DNA of 64,000 nucleotides from NCBI GenBank assembly GCA_964252035.1, contig OZ176211.1; one strand, 5' to 3'. How positions within the stretch are numbered: position 1 is the first letter of the stretch; each line of letters begins with the position of its first letter. The notes under the pieces were generated by a model. The model was not told the DNA's origin, ran no database searches, and worked only from the letters and a program-made list of their open reading frames with translations. Positions 9,730 through 21,400 of this stretch are shown piece by piece. Source of the DNA: Podarcis erhardii. Taxonomy: Eukaryota. The position numbers and the translations under genes were made by a program.

Positions 9730-12720
9730 TTTGTCGGGGGGCGGGAAGGATCTCTGGAGCCGCCCTGGGAGCAAAGGCAGTTCGAGTTTGGGTTGCGGCT
9801 GACGATTTCTGCTTCGCGATCGGCCGCCACTTCCTTCACCTCAGCTCTGAGAAAATAAAAGCGATCCACTTTCCTGTATGGAGTGGGAATTCGCTGCTCG
9901 CCCGGGCCAAGGAAAAAGACTGTGCGCACCACACACTCGCACACCAAGAGATCTGGCAGTCAGCAGTTCTTAAGAGTCTCGATATTCGTACTTTCCCGCG
10001 TTTTGGGCGCACTTCACCCCGTGGGCGCCCATCAACATCCCCGCCTGCTCTCTGCGGAGACCAAAGGGAAGGCGGGAAACGGACACGCCCTTGCCCGCCT
10101 CCGCTTTTCTTCTCAGAGCGCCTCCCGGCTTGCAGGCCGAGGAAGGGCGCAGGCTGGCTGCTTGCCTTTTCCCGCCCGCTGTGCATAACTGCCCAGGCTT
10201 CCTCTCTCTTCTCCCAATACAGAACTTTTCTCCCTCGTATCTCGCAGCAGCAGCCCCGGAGATCTCCCTCTTTCCAGTGTGCGTGCTGAGGGGAAAGTGT
10301 GGCATTTCTCTCTGAAGAGACAGCCCGCGTCCTCCGGGAGTGCGCGCGCGCTTGTGTATCGGCGGTGTTGCCCCGGGGGGAGCCTCGCCTTGCGCCTGGG
10401 CTTGCCATTTGTGCTGACACAAACCCACTCACGCGCCCGCCCGCCCGCCCGCCCGCCCCCTCCATCGCCAGCGAGGGCGTTAATGATCAGGAGGAGGCGG
10501 AGGCGGCGGGAAGCCGGTGGCAGGAGGGCGAGCGGGGAAAGGGTCGTGACTAGGCAAGCGGGGGAGGGAGGTGGGTTTGTGGTGGGTCGAGAGATACGCC
10601 CCACACCGGCATCTTCAGTCAGGATACAGTAATGGGGGGAGGAAAATGGAGCTGGAGCAAGGTGCATAAACCAGAAAACACGCGCCGAGGGAGGACAAGC
10701 TCCGTGCAAGGGCGCTGCTGGACAGATGTAGGCAAACACATCTGGGCTTCTGCCAGTTGCCGGCTGGCGGTGAACGAGGCTGGTCAGAGCGCGCGCAGGC
10801 GGGGAGAGCGGAGTGGAAAGCGTGGGGAAGGCGCAGCAGGTGGCCAGTGCCCAGTCCGCGGGCGCGTCTTGCTGAAGCGGCTTGAAAGCGGGTAGCCAGC
10901 ACACGGCGCTTTTGCACGGGGGTGGAGAGGAGAGACGGGAGGCGAGAGGACAAGGCGCAACAGGGAGCAGGAGAGAGAACACGGAGCTTTTAATCCCCCC
11001 AAGTGGAGGCGAGGCGCTTCCCCGCAGGGGTGCGTGAGCGCGCGCGCCTGGCAGACTGGGCAGCAGGCGGCGGCGGGAGGGGGGGGCAGAACCACCGGGC
11101 TGCGCCGGTGGGCACCACTGATCAAAGGGGAGGGGAGAGAGAGGATGAGGGAGGACGAGCAAAGAGCGGAGAGCGAGCGCCTACTCTTAAAGGTGGCCGC
11201 GACGTGATAACCACGCTCCCAAGTGTCCGCTGATGGCAGCGAGGCTACAGCTGAGGCGGGCATGTATGAGGCATCTTCAGGTGACACTGCTGCCTGAGAG
11301 CCGCGCTAAATGGACTCTCAATCCGGTTCGGTATCTGTAGGAAGGCGTCTCCTCCGGGGTGGAATTAGCATATTCTAGTGGAGGGGAGAGAATAACGCCG
11401 GCTGGCCACGTTGGGGGTGTTTTGGTCCCGAGGAGAGGGCGCTGTGGGCAGCGGTCTGTCGGTGGGGAGTTTTCCTTCGGCGACCAGCTGTGGCCGCGGG
11501 CGCGTCACGCTTTGCCCGCTTTACCTGGCGCGCAGAGACGCCCCTTCCCCTCCCCTTCCCCCACCTCCCCACCCGCCCCTTGTGGAGCCCCCAGAGCGCG
11601 GAGAAGGCGAGGCGGCTCCTCTCCTCGCCGGCACGCTTCTGCCCTCCTCCTCCTCCTCCGACTGTCAGTCCGTCGGTCCGCGTCCCTCCCCTCCCTTCCC
11701 CAACCACTCCCCCCCTTCTTCTCCGCTTCCCACCCACCCACCCAGCCGCCTCCCCGGGTGAATTTCAGGGCTCTCGGGCTCCTTCTGTTTGTTTGTTGAT
11801 CCTTCCTTTGGGGAGGGGGCTGAGAGGGGGAGAGAGGGCGGGGACTTTGGGCTTTGGAGACGGCGGCGCCTCGGCTCTTATTGCCACTGAGTTGCGCTTC
11901 TCCTCCTCAGGCTGCGGGAAGGAGCCGCCTGACCGCTTGGCACTTCTGCTGCCTTCCTCTCCTTCCACCGCCACCAGTGGTTGGATTACCGCGGGCGGCG
12001 GCGGCGGCGGCAGCGTCCCGTCGCGTAGGGTGCCTTGGGGCTGCCAAGCCCGCAGCGCAAGTGGCCAGGTCAGTAGCCCTGGAGCCAGCGCTGGGAGGAG
12101 CAGGCAGCGCGCACCTCTCGGCTCTCTTCTCCTGGCGAGCGGATCTCCCTTCCAGGAAGGGATCGCTGGCGAGGAAGACGCCTGCGCCCCTCCTCCTGTG
12201 ACGGGCGCGCTATCCCGGGGTGAAGAGGGCAGGAGGGCGGGGAGGGAGAGGGCTGAAGCGGGCCACAAAAAGTCGCCTCCGTCCTCACCGCTGCTTTCCC
12301 TTCTTCCTCCGCGTAACAGACAGGCGCTCATCTCATCCCGGCGAACCCTTGGAGAGTTTTGCAACCACTTGGAGAAGACGGAGAGCTAGCTGCAAGGGGT
12401 GTTGCTACTTCCCCAACTCCCTTCCCCTTCTCACTGTTGGGACTTCCTCGCTAGTTTTTCCACCGGTGCTTTTTTAAAAAAAAAACAAATAAAGTCTGTT
12501 TGGAAATGGCAAAGGCAGTGACGCCTGGAAAGGGAACAAGTGTGGGGCGAGCCAGAGGAAGCCGGAGCTAAATGACAGGATGCAAGAGACTTGAGGAGAT
12601 ACACAACCAACAGAGAAGCGTCTCTTGTACTAACCGGACTCTTGCTGCTGCCGTCCGCGCTGCTGTGCCGACTGAGCCATCTTTCTGATCTTTTTGCACC
12701 GGCCCTACTGGAGGATTTAA
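9730..12720. promoter_or_regulatory. NRP1: CpG island / NRP1 promoter region
   Basis: Abrupt shift to high GC with abundant CpG, unlike the CpG-depleted flanks. Contains GC boxes, (GCCC)n at ~10435-10458 and (GGC)n at ~11994-12011. Ends at NRP1 exon 1. Boundaries judged by eye. Confidence 0.85.
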
Positions 12721-12798
12721 GATCTAAGAGGAATTGTGCGCTGAAGAGACCGGATATTTTATTCTCTTTCTTCAGTCTTTCTGTACTGAGAAAGGAAG
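12555..12798 (+). other. NRP1: NRP1 exon 1 5' UTR (TSS not determined)
   Basis: GGAAGCCGGAGCTAAATGACAGGATGCA...GACTTGA...AGAGAAGCGT resembles the mammalian NRP1 leader as I recall it; contiguous with the start codon. Confidence 0.6.
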
Positions 12799-12865
12799 AT
12801 GGATTGGGGACTCTTCCTGCACTGTGTTGCCCTCACCATTACCCTTGGCAGGGCTTTGAAGAGTG
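12799..12865 (+). CDS. NRP1: Neuropilin-1 coding exon 1 (signal peptide)
   Basis: ATG at 12799 gives MDWGLFLHCVALTITLGRALKS plus 1 nt (67 nt), close to the chicken NRP1 N-terminus MDWGLFLHC. Donor GTAAGT at 12866; phase 1 fits exon 2. Confidence 0.95.
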
Positions 12866-15800
12866 GTAAGTGACTGACACGGAATCTCTTTCAAGTGAAG
12901 CCAGGTAGCTGCAAGCAGAGGGCCCCTTACCTGAGCTCCTGATATATAAAGCCAACTGTGAAACTAACTAATATAATGGATAAAAGGAAGCTGAACACAA
13001 AACACTGGGTATTTACCTTGAGTTACACACAATCTTTGTTTGGCTACCCATCCTGAATGCTACCTGATTCACAAGAATCAGAATAGCCAATTACTTTAAT
13101 GTTTCCTCCTTTGGCAATTGCACAAGATTCCACTTTAAAACCTGACAGACAGTGAATACTTAAAAGGCAGGGTTTTTATTGAGAGACAGGGGGAAAGTGA
13201 AAGTTTAGGGTCATATATTTGATTATCTTTTGTAGCTATGAGTCCCCACGGGTACCTATTTCCAAATCCTCATCCTCCTCATCCATCTATATTATGCATT
13301 AGGGCTCACAGGGCACTTATTGTCTCAAGCTAAGCAACCTAAGGTACTGTTCATACACAACAGTTATAAGAGAAATCCTATGGCACAGACTTCACATCTG
13401 GTTTTGAGGGAGCATTTAAGAGCTGCTTCAAATTGATGGAGGCTTCCTTCATTCAGCAATGAAATAACACTCATACTAGCTCCCTAATCTATGCAGTTTT
13501 TAAGGATGTTCTGCCTGGAATGGTTGACATCTTACTTGCACACATGGAGGGGGGGGGGAGTTATTAGGAGTTTTTCCTTCCCAGACCAATTTCTGAGCAA
13601 TTATTATTAACTAATTACCAAATATTTATTTTTAGTCTGACTAGGATTTCAATCAAAGTAATTAAAAGAAGGTAACATTCTCCACTTAGAATGGTATATT
13701 CTTTTAATAAGGGACCACAATAGGAGTATTCTTTTACTGGAGGATGTAGATCACACTTTATGGTGGAAATCAGTCTTTTCTCAATATATTTTGAAGAGGT
13801 TGGCTAATTTAGCAAGAAACAAGTTCTTCCTCTGCTCCTTCATGACCAGGAGAAGGGAAGAAAAAAAGTCTTTAAAGAAGTATTAGCATGTTAGTCCCTG
13901 AGAATCATGCCTGAGATCCTGTTTGGCCTAATCTTTTTGAAGAGTGTAGCTAACTAGACCTAATCTTTCAACCTGAAGTCTTCCTTTGCAAAGATAACAG
14001 GATCACACTGTATTTCTGCATCGATTTGCAGGCAGTGTTGAATTAATGGAGATGAGTAAATAAGCAGAGATGAACTGGAGGCATAAAGTGGAGTGAGATG
14101 TATATCGTGCCTTTTTGCTATTATGAGCAATATCATTCTCTTAAGTGCTGAGCCAACCATAGGAAGATCTGAGGGGAAGGAACTATGAAGCTGTCATTAA
14201 GTCTGAGCAGTTATAGGCATAATGTAATAGCCCTGTAGAGTCACCATGACCATCCATCTCTTCTGTAGCTTAGCAGACTCATGGATGCCACATCTACCTC
14301 TGTCCAGGACTTGTGTCTGCTAAATTAATTCATTAACCTTATGTAGGTAGACTGGTCCAGAGTCATTAGAAACTGCTCCTCTTAATCAAGTGTGCGAGAG
14401 ATTGCACAGAGCCAGGGAGTCTAGCAGCTCCCCACATTATCTTATTATACTATCACTTTCCCAGGAGTTACCGATTAAAGTGCTGTTGGTAGTGAGCCCA
14501 CCTAAATGTCTCCTAGAGTGACTCTTGTCAAGTGACTTGCAGCAGCGCTGGTTTATTTCACTCGTTTAACAGATGCCAGATCCTGCCATGTTGTTTGCAT
14601 AGAGCTGGAGTGGACTTAATGAGGCGGGATCATTTTCCAAGTCAGCTTGCACGCGGCAAATCATGCAAGATTGTCTCTGAAACCACATGCAGGAGGCTTC
14701 CAGATAAATATCATTGGCTGTGGATTTTGAACTCATTGTTGCAACATCTTTTGTTCTCGGAAATGAGACACGCGATACAAACTGTCAAGGCAGAAATAAA
14801 TAGTAGCTCATAACCAACTATGAAATAGCAATTCGCTGAACAACAAAAACCCACAGCATACATCTCATTCCCTTCTAATTTATAGCAAATGTTTCTTATA
14901 ACGGCTGTAGTTTATGCATTTTTGATGTGCACTTTATCTTTCATTTCCATTTGACCTGGTTATCTATAATAAAATTCTGCACATTTGTAACTTCGTGTGG
15001 AGTACAAGGAATGCCATTTCCAGTTCACAAGAATTTTATTAGATACAGAAGTTTCATATGTCATTACTGTGAAAATGGGCTGCCAGAGTGTCATTTGTTA
15101 ATGCTTGTCTGATTATCTGATGTTAGTAGAAAATATTTCAGTAAAGTTTCAAAGTGTCAGTGCAAACCTGCACAGAACAATAGAACAAGTGGCCTTGGAG
15201 GTTAGATTACATTGCCTCTGTTTCATCTCTCAATATTTATTTGTAAAGAACCCTAGCATGGCTTTGGAGAGGAGCAACCAGATTTTGCTCAAGATATGGC
15301 TATTTGCACTTAGAGGGCTGGGGAACTTAACAGTTTTGTAATTAGAAATAAACTTCATTTTGTTTTTCCTTGCTTTCTGTTACACTGCTCTTATCTGGTC
15401 TCCAAGGGGGGGGGGGACTTCCTTAAAGGAGTCCACTGAATCATTGCTGCTTCAACAAATTCTACTTTGTTCTTTGGTAGTCTGGACTTGAAGATCACAG
15501 ATAGCTTCAAATTGTTTAGATTTAGGATCTGATAAAACCAAAAGGGGGTTGTTGTAAACAGGAAGGGGTCTTGGAAAACAAGTTCTGTTGTCAAATGACA
15601 TAGAGCAGGCTTATTATCAGAATGCTAAGTAAAAGAATCAGATAACATTGCTCTCTGAATCACTCTCAATTAAAACTTATTACTTAATGACACTATAGTT
15701 TCCAATAATAATTAAGAATTAACCATTCATTACTTATTAATTATTAGGTGTAAAAGCTGTTATAATCACAAAGACCTCTGTCTGGATTAAGAAGTTTTGT

Positions 15801-16020
15801 AAAAAAAAAAAAAACAACAACAAAACCACCTCCCCTGTTCTGTCTTTTGCAGGGGTGGCTATACAAAACCAGAGCTAATAACTGCAGAAAGCAGCTTTCT
15901 TTAAATCATAAACCAGGAAAAAAATGTTCTGCAACAAGGGCTTGAACTATTGCAGGAAATATAGATGTTTTGTTTGATTGACATGAAATGTGAACATGAA
16001 ATGTGTTTTCTTAATCACAG

Positions 16021-16195
16021 ATAAATGTGGTGAAAATATAAGAATCGTGGAGCCTGGGTATCTCACCTCTCCTGGCTATCCAAACACTTATCATCCAAGC
16101 CAAAAATGCGAGTGGCTGATTCAAGCTCCTCAACCATACCAGAGAATTATGATCAACTTCAACCCTCACTTTGATTTGGAGGACAGAGAGTGCAA
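16021..16195 (+). CDS. NRP1: Neuropilin-1 exon 2 (CUB1/a1, first half)
   Basis: Acceptor ...TTTTCTTAATCACAG, 175 nt, donor GTAAGT. Encodes (D)KCGENIRIVEPGYLTSPGYPNTYHPSQKCEWLIQAPQPYQRIMINFNPHFDLEDREC(K). Confidence 0.98.
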
Positions 16196-16224
16196 GTAAG
16201 TGAGATGGTCTGTGAAGGGAGCCA

Positions 16225-16243
16225 TAGCACCATCTACTGGACA
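16225..16243 (-). promoter_or_regulatory. Candidate CTCF site
   Basis: Minus strand TGTCCAGTAGATGGTGCTA fits the consensus TGGCCACCAGGGGGCGCTA (CCASYAGRKGGYRC) at nearly every informative position. Confidence 0.7.
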
Positions 16244-17172
16244 AAAAGCTCCACAGTTTCTTGTTGGGGGTGGGGAAGGGAGATGAAACAGCTGATGAGT
16301 GCAAAACTCTGCGCATAAAATGAATCCCTCTGAGGTCTGAATCCATACCAGATCATATGTTTGTGGTAAAGATATTAAAGCAAGTGCTTACTGCATGTCA
16401 GGCACTATATAAGATTGTTTTAGATATAATCTTGTAATCCCGCTGTGTCGTTTTTGTTGGAAACATGGATCCATTAGCAGTTATTTCCTCTGAAACTTTC
16501 CCCTAAGCCGCTCAGTGACTTGGAGGTTGTGGAACGCCTATGCAGGAACAGTAGGGGAGAAATAAGCATTTGCCTCTGCATTCATGATTGTGCCACTGCG
16601 TTAAATGTTCTGAAGTTGCTTAGAAACGTATTGATGCTTAAGGCAAAAGACGTGTGGTTATTTAGAATTTTGCAAGTTCCAGTTCACTCAGTATTGTTTG
16701 ATGGGAGAGGTTGTACATTCATGGGGCATTATAATGTATTTTAAGAGCCCGACAACTATACATGCTTTGTTTTGCTGTGCTAGTGCCATAATTGGGGATA
16801 ACACGTGTGTGGCATCGAGGGGAAGTCATCAGTTTTCTTAACTAATATTAACAGAAGTTGTTTTTCATTTTGAGTTGGTGAGGCAGTGTGAAGAAAACGT
16901 ATGAAAGTTAGACTGCTAGGTATTGTGTAGAACAGAAATGAGGAACCTGTGGCCCTCCACATGTTGCTAAGACACTTCAACCCACTCCAACCCCTTAGTG
17001 TGGTTGATAATCAGGCATGATGGGAACTGTAGTCCAGCAACACCCCAATCCCTGATAAAGGGCTTTACCATGATTAATTCTGATTATAATGGTGCAGGCT
17101 TTTCACAGAACTCCGTTTTCATGAGCATAAAAGTGGCTGCACATTAAGTTCTTGCCTTGTGTCAAAATATAT

Positions 17173-17990
17173 TGTGAGAAGGACCGCTTACTGTTGTCTG
17201 ATGGTGAGTGGTGACTGCGGCCTGGCATGAATGCAGTCTGAGCTGAGGATGATCTTATGGCCCTGCACGATCATTGTGGGACAACACTCCCTCCTCTGTT
17301 TGCACAGGTTGCTGCGGGCCTGCATTTTAACCGACCTATCACAGGCAAGCAAGGGCATGTGTTTTGTGTGGTGGAGCTGAATGAAGGCTTCAGTCCCTAG
17401 TCTTTACTCAGCTCTGCTCACTGGATGTATAAAGAAGCCTCACCCAGGCTCATCAATCAGCTCGGTCGGAGCTGGATTCTCCACCCTCCCACCCCATGTA
17501 GCATATGGTCCTGCCTGAAGGTGAGTGGGCAGGTTCAGGTCCTGCATAAGACCTTGCTATGGAAATATTCAGTTGTCGTATTTGGGGCCAGGGAAGAATT
17601 TGCCTGCAGATAAATTGGGCCCGTCTGGTGTCACAGCTTGTTGGCGGATAAGGCACTGGGTTGGATCCTTAGTCTTGGGGGCGTGGGAGTTGAGAGCCCA
17701 CCTCACCCCTACTTCAGGAAATTGAGGGTACCCCGTTAAAGGGGTCCAAGGGAAGATGCAGTCAGGATGCCCAGACAGTGTGGGATTCTTAATCTAGGAT
17801 CAACCTTGCAAAATAATCAACCAGCAGTCAGGATGGATGAATCAGGGTACATACCCAATGCCCATGCCAAAGTCTACTTGCATTTGTAACCAATAAAGTT
17901 GTGGCCTGTTTGAACCCAAGATGTTTGTCCGGTGTGTTTATTTTATCTTTCTATGCTTTGGGTCCTGTCAGCAGTGGGTTCCCTGCACCT
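17173..17990 (+). mobile_element. Possible degenerate LTR remnant
   Basis: GC-richer block containing TGTATAAAG (~17426) and TGTAACCAATAAAGTTGTGGCC (~17886), typical of LTR R/U5. No TSD found, so ends are uncertain. Confidence 0.3.
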
Positions 17991-18333
17991 GGGCCTATAA
18001 GTAGAGCTCTCTGAGGTAATAAGTTCTAATGTAAAACACAAGGTTCAGTGGAAGTATTTTGAAGTTCCTCATGTGAAGTAGTGCACCAGGAGGATTGAAC
18101 CATCTCAAGCTGTGAATCCTTCAGCCAAACCTTTGTAATGCTTAAAACAACTCTGCAACATATGCAGATTATAGTCCCAGTTTACAGATGGGAATGAAAA
18201 GTGATGACTTTCACAAGGCCTTCTAGTGACTTTGTGTCAGAATATGAGCTTGTATAAACTTGCTACTTAGCCACACTGGCTTCTCACGGTGGGGGGAAAG
18301 GCTATTCTCTATTCACAGTCTTACAGAAGTAAC

Positions 18334-18450
18334 AGGGGACTTGTAGCTTTCCAGATATTGTTGGACTACAACTCCCATCATCCCTAACCATTGGCCATGC
18401 TGACTGGGGCTGAAGGGTGTTGGATTCCAGCATTTGGAAGGCAAGATATT
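18334..18450. mobile_element. Degenerate palindromic hAT-type MITE
   Basis: Core GGACTACAACTCCCATCATCCC shared with 23135-23270. Further decayed copies near 16950-17045, 25880-26010, 35970-36090 and 52625-52745. Confidence 0.6.
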
Positions 18451-21400
18451 GCCCTGCCCTCTTTTAGAGCTCTGGATGCCACAGGTAATCCCCAAGTGGC
18501 TATGAGATTCTTTCTGGAAGAATTCCAGAAACCCCGTCTTTGAGAAACTGCTTGGGCCATGCTTATTTCAAGGCTTCACTCTTACCCTATTTTCTTTCAT
18601 GCATGCTACAACCCCACAGAGAACCTCTTGCATCAAATATGAATGTGAGGGTGCCTAAAGAGTTGTCCTTAGAGGCTGTTTTCCAGCTGGACAACAGCTT
18701 TCCCTTAGAGAGAAAACAATAGCAATTTCTTCAAGCTAGTGTTTTGAGCTATAAAAAAAAAATAGAACAGGATCACTGTAACTATTTAATAATATTATTA
18801 CATTTCATCATTGCTTTCGGTTCACTTTATTTTCATATAAGCAGAGATAACTAATTACATGCCACAGCAATGTTAAAACCAAGGACACATTAACAAACGG
18901 TGCCAAAAAAGTGTCACCATTCTCTGCATGCAACGACTCCTACTTCATATTGGAGCAGTAGCTTGTTGATCTTTTAAAAACGGGTTTGGATGACTAGCTC
19001 TAGAAACCAGTTTAACCATTGCTAGGTAGGGCGGATTAGAAATAGAAATAAATGAATAGTGAGTTCCTACAAATGATGAGCAAACAATCCAAGGCCTTGG
19101 AAGAAAGAAGCATGAAGAGTATCGCTCTAGCTGTCCCTGCCAGTTTCTAGCTCTCAATCAAAATGTGTCCTTGTGTTGTAGAAAGAACTGATACCAAGAT
19201 AGGCTTGTTGGAGACAGAGCAGATCTTGTTAACATAATAGGGCATGTAGTATGTTTGCTATGCCTCTCACCCCTGTTCATTTAATTGGGAGGCACAGAAA
19301 ACTGCCAAGTCCCATCCCAGAAGTGTTGCTGCTAAGCATGTTTGGGAAAGTCCAGGTCAGTTAAGGAGACCACCTACAAGGTTTCATTGTCTCCCTATGC
19401 TTGTCTCCCTATACCTTCACAAGAAATTTTTTCTTCAATTCTGAGTCGGGAGGAAATGAAAGGGAGGGCTGGGTGGTGGGGCAGTAAACCTCATGATGAG
19501 GCAGACCTCATCATTATGTGTTAGTTTTCACAACTGGAGGGGTTCATATTCTGAACCCAAACTCCTGCCACCCATTCTGAAATTCATATCATTTTTTTTT
19601 TTTTTAGATGTTGTGTTTGTGAAGATACGATGGAACTGATTGTATGAACAGACTCTTAGAGGTGTTTGCATGTGAATATTATTCTCTTCTGAAGTTCAGA
19701 GAAGAAAATGGGAGATATTTTAATCCTTTAGTGCTTGCGGAACGCTTGTTCAGAGATAACTTATACACTAATATAGCATGATAATAATAAATGCAGTGGG
19801 AGTGGTGTATTATATTGCAACCATTAGGTCAGTCTGTGTAGAGCTGATATACCTAAAACCTCTATAACTTGTCATAGGTGAATTATGCCTCTGGGCAAAG
19901 TATGTTTCTTCCTCTCAGCAGAGTATTTGTGCCTTTCAATCCAAGTCTCTGAAACCCGTCTAATTAATGTATCTTTCCCTCTCTAATTGGGCAGTTTCAT
20001 TGTCAGGCAAGGATGGGGGTAATTTTATGGGCAGAGTTTAGCTAGACAGAACAGTTTAAATTGACCTTTTGTTGAATGACTTAAATGCTTCCTGTGTTAT
20101 TTGTGCTCTCTTTTAAATTCAGATCTTTGACTTCCACACTATGACCATTAACTCTGAGTGAGGAGATTTGTGTCAAACCCTTTAGGACCATATTTTCAGG
20201 AAAAGTTATTTCTTCATAGGAAACTTTTGAAACTGTATTAGGTCTCAGAGTCCCTTACTCTCTAGAGAAATTCATATTCCTTTCACCAAATCTTGGGTAA
20301 GGCAATAGATTAATGTACCAATCAGTCTGTCATGGGATTTTTAGTGTTAAGCAAACTTTTATTTCCTAACTCTAGATTTTCAGTTTATTGTCACAGCTGC
20401 AAGTGTGTAATAGTTCAGTCCATTCAATCACTGTTTTGGTTTTTTTAAAGTGCAGTGCTGTAAATGAATATTTATCTGCAGGGAGAAAGAGGTAACAAGT
20501 TAATACTTCTGAGAGAGGAAATCTGACAGAAATACAAATGTATTGGAGGAAATTAATGTTGTATTGCTGGGATTCAATTGCCTCTGCCATTCATGTTTTA
20601 CCTCTGCTGAAGAGTTACAAGGACACTGTATGAAAGCCCTTAGTGGTGGCAGTTGATATGGATACACACTGCTTCTGATGAGATTGCAAGAGTAGATCTA
20701 CAGATTACCTTTGAAAAAAAATAAAAAAATATGGGGTGCATCACTGTTCCTACAATTGCAGTGCTGCCTCCAGGAAGGCACTACTACATCTCTCTCATGT
20801 GGCTACTGGCAAAATGTATACAAATTCACAGGAAGAACCTCTGGTTTGGAGGCCTCATTAGGTCTACCAGGTCTCCCCAGTTGGGTTGTGAGGCCATTTT
20901 GGGCAAACTATGACCCCTGCCCTGCACCTGATGTTATATGTGGGGCAGGTAAACAATTGCTTCAGCCGAAAGCAGGGTTTTGATCCTGCTTGCAGAGGCA
21001 TGAGGCATTGATGACAATCTGTTAATAAATAAATAAGCATAATTAAGGGCTTTCTCCTTTATGGATGTCTTTCTGTGCTCCTGCATTAGCATTTTGAGGC
21101 AAACATTGGTCTGAGGTTCATCTCACAGCATGGAGTTCCATGTAAAGATCTATGGAGGAAAGCAATACAAGTTTTGAATGGAGTTTTTTTTTTTGCCAGG
21201 AAAAGAGGATTTAGTTTCTCCTTACTTAAGACAAAGGTCTTAAGTCCTCCTAGGTTCCACATCAATTCTCACTTACCTGGGAGTGAGAATAGGCATGTAC
21301 AGGAATGAACCATTAGACCACCAGAACTATCCCAACCTAAAAACAAAGGGCATGAGGTGAAGGTGGTGAATAAAAATTGCCCCAATATTTTATAATTACT

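Noticed and set aside
10723-10744. Inverted E-box pair CAGATG-N10-CATCTG
   Set aside because: The 10-nt spacing differs from the 5-nt spacing of the TWIST double E-box, and E-boxes are common by chance.
9651-12389. Many long overlapping ORFs (up to 349 aa) on both strands
   Set aside because: Pro/Arg/Gly/Ala-rich, no recognisable domains and no splice structure. Stop codons are naturally scarce in GC-rich CpG island DNA.
15990-16020. ORF-track start MNMKCVFLIT upstream of exon 2
   Set aside because: This is intronic polypyrimidine/acceptor sequence read through in frame; the true N-terminus is exon 1.
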